Origin: Gonapodya sp. JEL0774
Lineage: Eukaryota
Direction of reading: 5' to 3'
Length of the DNA: 64,000 nt
NCBI GenBank assembly: GCA_027604505.1
Contig: JADIIX010000056.1
Coordinates: 62,001 to 126,000, forward strand
Every line of letters begins with the position of its first letter. Positions within the stretch are counted from its first letter, which is position 1. Under the pieces are notes generated by a model. It was not told where the DNA came from and searched no databases. It saw only the letters and a program-made list of their open reading frames with translations. Shown one piece after another: positions 58,001 to 64,000 of this stretch. The position numbers were made by a program, and so were the translations under genes.

Positions 58001-58546
58001 GGGATAGTAATGTCAGATCGTCCACACCTTCCTGAATCGCGGCGTTTCGGAGAGGTGGTAGAAGCTGTGCCCCACCAGGAGCGCGCAGCTGAGACAGTTT
58101 GCAAGAAAATAGGAGCTGTTCAGGGGCGCTGGTCGTTGAATTAGGGGCAGTTCTGGAATAAGGGCTAAACGGGTCGTCTTCTGTATCCCGAGCAAAGACA
58201 AGACGTAGGGAGTCTGCATCTGTGTCAAGATTCTTCGAGACAAGTGTCGCAGAAGTCCAAACCGACTAAGAATCGAATGGAAAGGATCGTTGTGTTGAGG
58301 TGATAATGAAACGAGAGAGCAAATCATAAACGTTATGAAACGAGACGCATCCGATGGAGCAATCATAGAAACAGCAAGAATTCCGAACCACGATTCATGA
58401 ACCGTGTTCCTTTCAAGGTCCATCACATTCCTCCCTACGTATTTCCTTCGAGTGTTGAACCTAGAACTTGCACCCACATCAACATCGGGGAACCACGCCT
58501 TCACCCCAGTTACATAGTAATTTAACTCCGATGGTATCGTCGCCAT
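52051..58546 (-). CDS. MYO2: Class V myosin (motor, IQ repeats, coiled coil, DIL cargo domain)
   Basis: IYTYSGIVLVAVNPF, GESGAGKT, EAFGNAKTTRNDNSSRFGK, YLLERSRV, IGVLDIYG, NEKLQQDFN, CGVLETIRIS, IQ motifs, and C-terminal FNELLTRK...QLRFNVTKLTEW (DIL). Confidence 0.95.
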
Positions 58547-60084
58547 TGCCTGAGGGCCAGCCCGAAAGGCAGTGGACGTTGCAGCTTCGGGCAATCAAGT
58601 CTTAACAAATTAATAGGATATATCGGTTTTCTGATCCCACATATCCAAAGCACATCAACAAGTCCGATTCTCTCCCAACAAAAGTTGTGCCCGACCTAGT
58701 ACAAACCGCGGCGATGCCGATTCACCGGTGAGTACTACCAACAACGCGCTTGGCTCAACTCGCGGGCGGTGAATGTGAACGTGCTGCGAACTCACTCATG
58801 CAAACAACACTACCCAGCATAATATATCATTATGTAAATTGGGGTGCATGTCAGCACTTCACACGATGCAGAAGCAGTTTGCCTGTGGGATACGAAGAGA
58901 TGTAATGCAGTGGACGCTGTGTTATCATTTGTCACCATGGGGATCTATGTCTAGTCGTTCGAGGTCTCTTCGGAAGCAGACTATCGTGATGGCAAGCAGA
59001 GAGGGTGGGGCGATTGCCGAAGTGCCTATCTGGAGTCTGAGTGATACACAGTTGGGCTTGCGCTTCAAACTCGTATATATTCCAATTCACCAATGCGCCC
59101 TTTCCGTCCTCCATACTCTGCACTCATCTGATAGAATCCAGTTCTTTGGCATGTGGTGAGGTTGATGAATTTAAATGAGGGAAGGTGGTGCATGAAACGT
59201 CGGAAAAGATGAGTTTCAGGGAGAGCATCTTGCATGTGAGAATCGCGGGGATCAAAGGACCGCTCCTCGTATTTGTCTCGCGGGGGATAGTAGATGGAAG
59301 GGAGATCTTACGCGCTTTCATTTTCGCTGGTGAAAGTGACTTTGTTTTGTTCCATCCTGGTGGCCTGTGTGGGCAGTCCATTTGTTCGTGCCAAGCATTT
59401 CTGCATTTCCTGACGCAGAGGGTTGCTCCCAAAAGTTGTCGTTGACGTCGCACCTGAACTATTTGATGAAATATTGTACCCATAATCCACAGAGTGTAAA
59501 AGAGGAAAGATTGCGTTACAAAACTGTAATCTGAGGGCAACGATCGGCGCGTGGGGCAATGATCAGTATTAGATTGTTCCATAGACTCGCTGATGAACAT
59601 CCCCTTCAAATCTAAGCGAGTGGCTGGGCTGGACGAATTGATGCCACACGCTATTGCTGGTCGGTACATATGCTCAGGCGAATGGATGGGTCTTGTGCCG
59701 TTGACCCAGACTGATGATCAAGCAATTCATTATTGTAGGCATAGTGTTTGTAGTACAGTATTTATCCATGCATTTGCAATGCCAACTTGGAGATATGGAA
59801 AAAAATAGGTGGTAAAAAAGTCACAACAAAAAAAAAAAAGGCAAACAAGCCAGAAATGGAAATGTTCAGCCCTTTAGCCGCAGTGGACCCGATTCCTTCC
59901 AGTTCACTCACACACCAGAAAGCCCCGCGAGTCCTACTTTCTGCTCGACGTCTCAGTTTCGCGAAATCCTCCGGGAAATCGCTCAGGGTGTCAAGAATAC
60001 CGCCTTCCCTCCCGATTGCCTGGTGCTCCCGACGTTGTCCCTCACAACAACTTTTTATCGGAACAGCCAACCACCAGTCTACAG

Positions 60085-62562
60085 ATGGCAATGACAATGC
60101 ACAGAACGAGACGGCGACGAGAAACCAGCGTTTCAGCGCTCACTTGGACCCTGGCTGCACTGTTGGTGTGCGCCTTGATGACTACTCTTGCACACGCCAG
60201 ATGTGAATGCGGGTACATTGACGACCTGGGCCGCCTCTGGACAGACGCAATCGTCTACCCTTCCTTCCGGAACACTACTTTCAACACCGCCAAGTCTGAC
60301 CTGCGCATTACCGTCAATCAGTTACCGAATGACTCAGGGGTCGCCGGGGTCCCCGCGCCTTACCAGATTCAGAACGACCGAGACAACGTCATGATCAGTG
60401 GCGACGAGCTCTGGATTCGGGTCAAAGCTGGAGTTCTTCCCGGCGGTGTTTATGTCAGCGGCGGCGAAGTTGTCACGATGAGAACCGATATCCTGTATGG
60501 GACCTTCCGCTCCAACATCCAGATTACTCCCAATAACGGCACATGCTCTGGCTTCTTCTATTATGGAGACGTGAATAACGAGATCGATATTGAGATTCTT
60601 TCAACCCAGATCCCAGACCAGAAAGTCAACTTTGTGCAGGTATGTCCTCCGTTTATGTGGCTAAAGTCAACCGATATGCACACTTCCACGGTCCCTGAAA
60701 CATTCTCATATTTTTCTATCGACCCTCTGGCTCCCGCTTACTCGTGGTACTCGTCACTGGGCGTTGCTCTGTACCGTGCCCATATCCTCTGACCGCCACA
60801 ACCACTTTCAATCCCGACCTCCACATCTGTCCAACAACAACTTTCACACCAAAGCACAAAATGAACCTTATCCCCGGCACCACAAATCCATCTCCAGAAT
60901 CTCTCCAGAATATTGCTGTTGGCGTCGATCCCTCTGCCGACTTCAACGAGTATCGCATCGACTGGACACCACCTGCTTCCGACTTTTTCGTCAACAGTGC
61001 GAAGCAAACGACACTTACTGCAAACGAGCCCACCCTTGCAGGAAGTGTCATATTCAATCACTGGTCCAAAGGTCTGGTGAGTGCTCAGTCGAAGCAAACG
61101 GATACACTAGGATGCCAGGGCTTTTTCGCCTGAGAATGAGACAGCAGGGGAAATCACTATCTATGGCGAGAGGAGTGTTTCCATTCAATGCAGCGACTCA
61201 ACTAATGCCCTCCCCGTTCATCCAGGCTGGTTGGGACCAAGGCCCACCAACCAACGACTCCTACCTTAGGATCCGCTCCTTCAAGTTCTTTTTCAACACT
61301 ACAGACAGCACGGGCTTTGTTCGCCGATGCAATGCGTCCATGAACGCCAAAGTTCCCCTTGCCACAAGCCGATGCAGCACAGAGAACATCATTGGTAACG
61401 TGACGGTCACCACCGACGCCGCAGGCATAGAATTCGCAACTGTTGCGTCGTCCAATTTGGCCTCCAGTCAATGTAAGTCAAAGAAACTCTGAATTGATGA
61501 ACAACGACCTCTCGATATGGAGTTGATATGCCCCATTTCGTCATCGTCACGCGACCCTGCCGTACTCCACATTCAGTTATCGCCAACTGGGCGCTGTATG
61601 GAATGGCCATCGGGTGCGGTGCCATTGCGATCATGGCTTTGGCAACTTTCCCTATACGCTACGTTCGCGCCAAACAGTACGAAAAGGCCCTGAATGAGTA
61701 TCGGGAAATCAATGACGAGGATGGATACGACGCGCGCTCTGGATCCTCTGGTGGTACTCTCGAAATGGGAAAATATGGGAACAAGAGGTACAATGGTCCC
61801 AGAGGTTGGAAATGGGGCTTTACGGAGCCGCCGAACTTCACCACCCCTCTTATCGGTAAAAACTCCAAGACTCAACAAGGCGACATTGATCGAGGCAATA
61901 AGCCCCCACGTAAACCGAATAAGACGTATGCGGGTCCAGGTGGGGACAGGGGCGACCCACGCTGGCAGGGACCGCCGCCTGATGGGATGATGCCCCCAGC
62001 TCCCGATTACGACTACCACGACCCTGCAGATGATTCTGACGCCACTTGGGCAGGTAGCAGTCCTGGACAACGTGGCCGCCACGGCAGCGCCGATGCCGAG
62101 TCAGACAGGAGGAGCCGCAAGTCCGTAAACGGCGGACGCGGTGATGGACGGGATCAACGTGACCGCGCTCGTTCGCGTGACCGGGGTGATCGTGGAGACC
62201 GAGGAGATGGTGGAGACTATGCGCAGCCCTCACAGAACAGGAGGTCGGAATCTTCCCATCGGCCTCAGTATCCCGCCCAAGCTCCTCAGTCCATGGCTGC
62301 TCCATACGCCCAGTCACAGCGACGGCCATCGGAGCCTGCTTATCAGCAATCACAAGGGCAGTACCGTCAGGCACCCCCCACGGTCTCAAACGTTCAACCC
62401 CGGTGGGCGAGTGGAACGCGTCCTCCCATGCCGAATTCGATGGATGTGCAGGGACCACCGCCTTCCGACACGGAGGAGGACATTCCCCCGCCCAGACAAC
62501 CAAGCCAGCCCAGGTATAGCAACAACGGAGGCGGGAATGGGGGGCAGGGAAGGAGGAGGTAG
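60085..62562 (+). CDS. Glycoside hydrolase family 16, signal peptide plus TM helix and long Pro/Arg/Gly-rich tail
   Basis: Hydrophobic signal then CECGY, DILYGTFRS, FFYY...NEIDIEILS (catalytic ExDxE), FNEYRIDWTP, FNHWS..W.QGPP, then a TM segment WALYGMAIGCGAIAIMALATFPI. Confidence 0.88.
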
Positions 62563-63172
62563 AGAACGGAGAGAGGCGGGCTTCATGGTGGCAGGGTTGC
62601 TGAAGAACTCGTGAGAATTGAGAGGGGGCCTTTTCTGCTACACGCTCTGTGTTCTGGACACACAGCACGTGCTCGACCTGGCCTGGCGCTGGTCAAAGGC
62701 TGGTATCGGCTGCGCATGGATCAATCAGGACCACAATCTCCTTCCCTGGGGAGTCTGCTATCCAGCAGGACTTTCCCTTCATATTTCCCTATCCTTCTAC
62801 GTATGTTACAGAACTTGTTTGGTATGTTCATGCATCATGCAGTCGGGAGAAAGCTTCGGAGGAATCTAGAATTGTTATTTATACCCTCAATTGGATAGCG
62901 CATTGTCTGACACAATGCAGGTTGCAATACACTGCTGTTGATGTATAGCCCTCGAGGAATATCGCATCTAGACTGTCTAAGTGCCTTTTATTTCCTAATG
63001 AAAAAGTGCTGTGACAATGTGGAGAAGCAAGGAAAAGGATTTGGCGAGGGGGAGTTCGAAATTTTGGAGGGAGTTGCGGCGCAAGCCCACCCTGTCTTTG
63101 ATTTGAGAGACAATCACTTACATCACACCTGATGCTACGATTTTCTCCTCCCGCGAATGATTTGAAATCGGC

Positions 63173-64000
63173 AATGCCAGCTGGTTTGCTCCCACCCGAA
63201 CTCTCATCCAATGCCCTCGCTTTCTTCCAACCATTTTCCGCCAAGTCCCCACCTCTGCTGCCGCCAAGATCATCCATTGTTTCCCATGCAGTCTTCTGCC
63301 CTCGCAAGGATGCGGCTGATCTCATCGCTATAGCAAGAGCGGGTACAGTTGAAGTGTGGGGTGTCGGTTCGCGTGGAAAATGGGAAGGACGGAGAGGAGC
63401 CGGTGATAGGTGGGGATCCTTTGTCACATTCTACGGATTAAAAAAGGGAACGGGGAATCTTAACGCCAGGCAAAAGGGCGAATCTGTGGGGGAAGGCTCA
63501 TTTGTCCAAAGAATTAGAACGGCGATGATACAAGCGAGTTAACACCACAGGTGTTTATCTCTGCGGGGCGCTCATTAATTTGGACTTGAGGCATCATAGT
63601 TTGTAGAGAGATGAGAGAATGAGAGATTCGCGCTGTTTTCTCCAAAGCAGAAACTCACCCAACCTACCATTCTGACGGCAGGTGGACCTTCCGCCTCCTC
63701 CAGACCTACTTTCTCCCCGTCTCAAACAATTCTTCTACGGACTCCCCCCCCATCACTACCTCAGTTTCACCACCTCCAGCGGTCACTTCGCTGGCATGGG
63801 GACAAGATTGTGTCTTCCGCATGTTGGAAGGTGATCAATTTGAGTTGAGGTACAGGTGAGAATCTCTCTGAGGCGATTCCATGGATACGATTATTTCAAG
63901 GAAGATAGCTCTTGGAAGAAAAATTTGAACAGGGCAAATGACCCAAGGATTTAAGAGCACTGCCTCGGATCGGGAAGTGCCATTCTGGAAGTAGCAGTGA
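63173..64000 (+). CDS. Possible APC4-like WD40 protein, 5' part (continues beyond window)
   Basis: FCPRKD..DLIAIA..GTVEV and a later exon ...WTFRLL...VTSLAWG resemble the ANAPC4 N-terminal WD40 (WSPKxDLIA...VTxLAW). The exon structure is unresolved. Confidence 0.4.

Noticed and set aside
58600..60050. Several 60-180 aa ORFs in the myosin/GH16 divergent spacer
   Set aside because: No motifs or consistent splice model. Treated as intergenic.
61573..62668. Long minus-strand ORFs (169 and 272 aa)
   Set aside because: Antisense shadows of the GC-rich GH16 tail exon.
1..64000. CRISPR arrays, rRNA, tRNA, telomeric repeats
   Set aside because: No regularly spaced repeats or recognisable RNA-gene signatures were seen by eye. 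A covariance-model scan (Infernal/tRNAscan-SE) would be needed to exclude small RNAs.

Overview
Gene-dense, very intron-rich eukaryotic DNA, most consistent with an early-diverging (probably zoosporic, chytrid-like) fungus. This is inferred from trifunctional Fol1, Whi2, myosin V with a DIL domain, a PCTAIRE Pho85/CDK5, an LRRC74-like protein and short GT-AG introns. About 20 protein-coding genes can be spliced by eye: DRS2-type P4-ATPase (5' partial), NC2alpha, HisRS, a YTH protein, HMG-CoA reductase, CDK5/Pho85, Hpc2/UBN, Rictor, Fol1, Whi2, a CAMK-group kinase, an FBXO31-like F-box protein, two head-to-head MFS transporters, an LRR protein, an SPT small subunit, MGST3, myosin V, a GH16 and a possible APC4 (3' partial). 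There are also two decayed transposon remnants (IS630/Tc1-like and Helitron-like). The most unusual item is an intron-containing, soluble, bacterial-type (class II) HMG-CoA reductase fused to a ~500-aa C-terminal region with degenerate isoprenoid-synthase-like motifs. Other highlights are a probable ACG-initiated mitochondrial HisRS isoform, 3-nt and 5-nt micro-exons, frequent AAG splice acceptors, a 40-bp near-perfect inverted repeat and CpG decay confined to transposon DNA. Gene models are manual and boundaries are approximate where noted.
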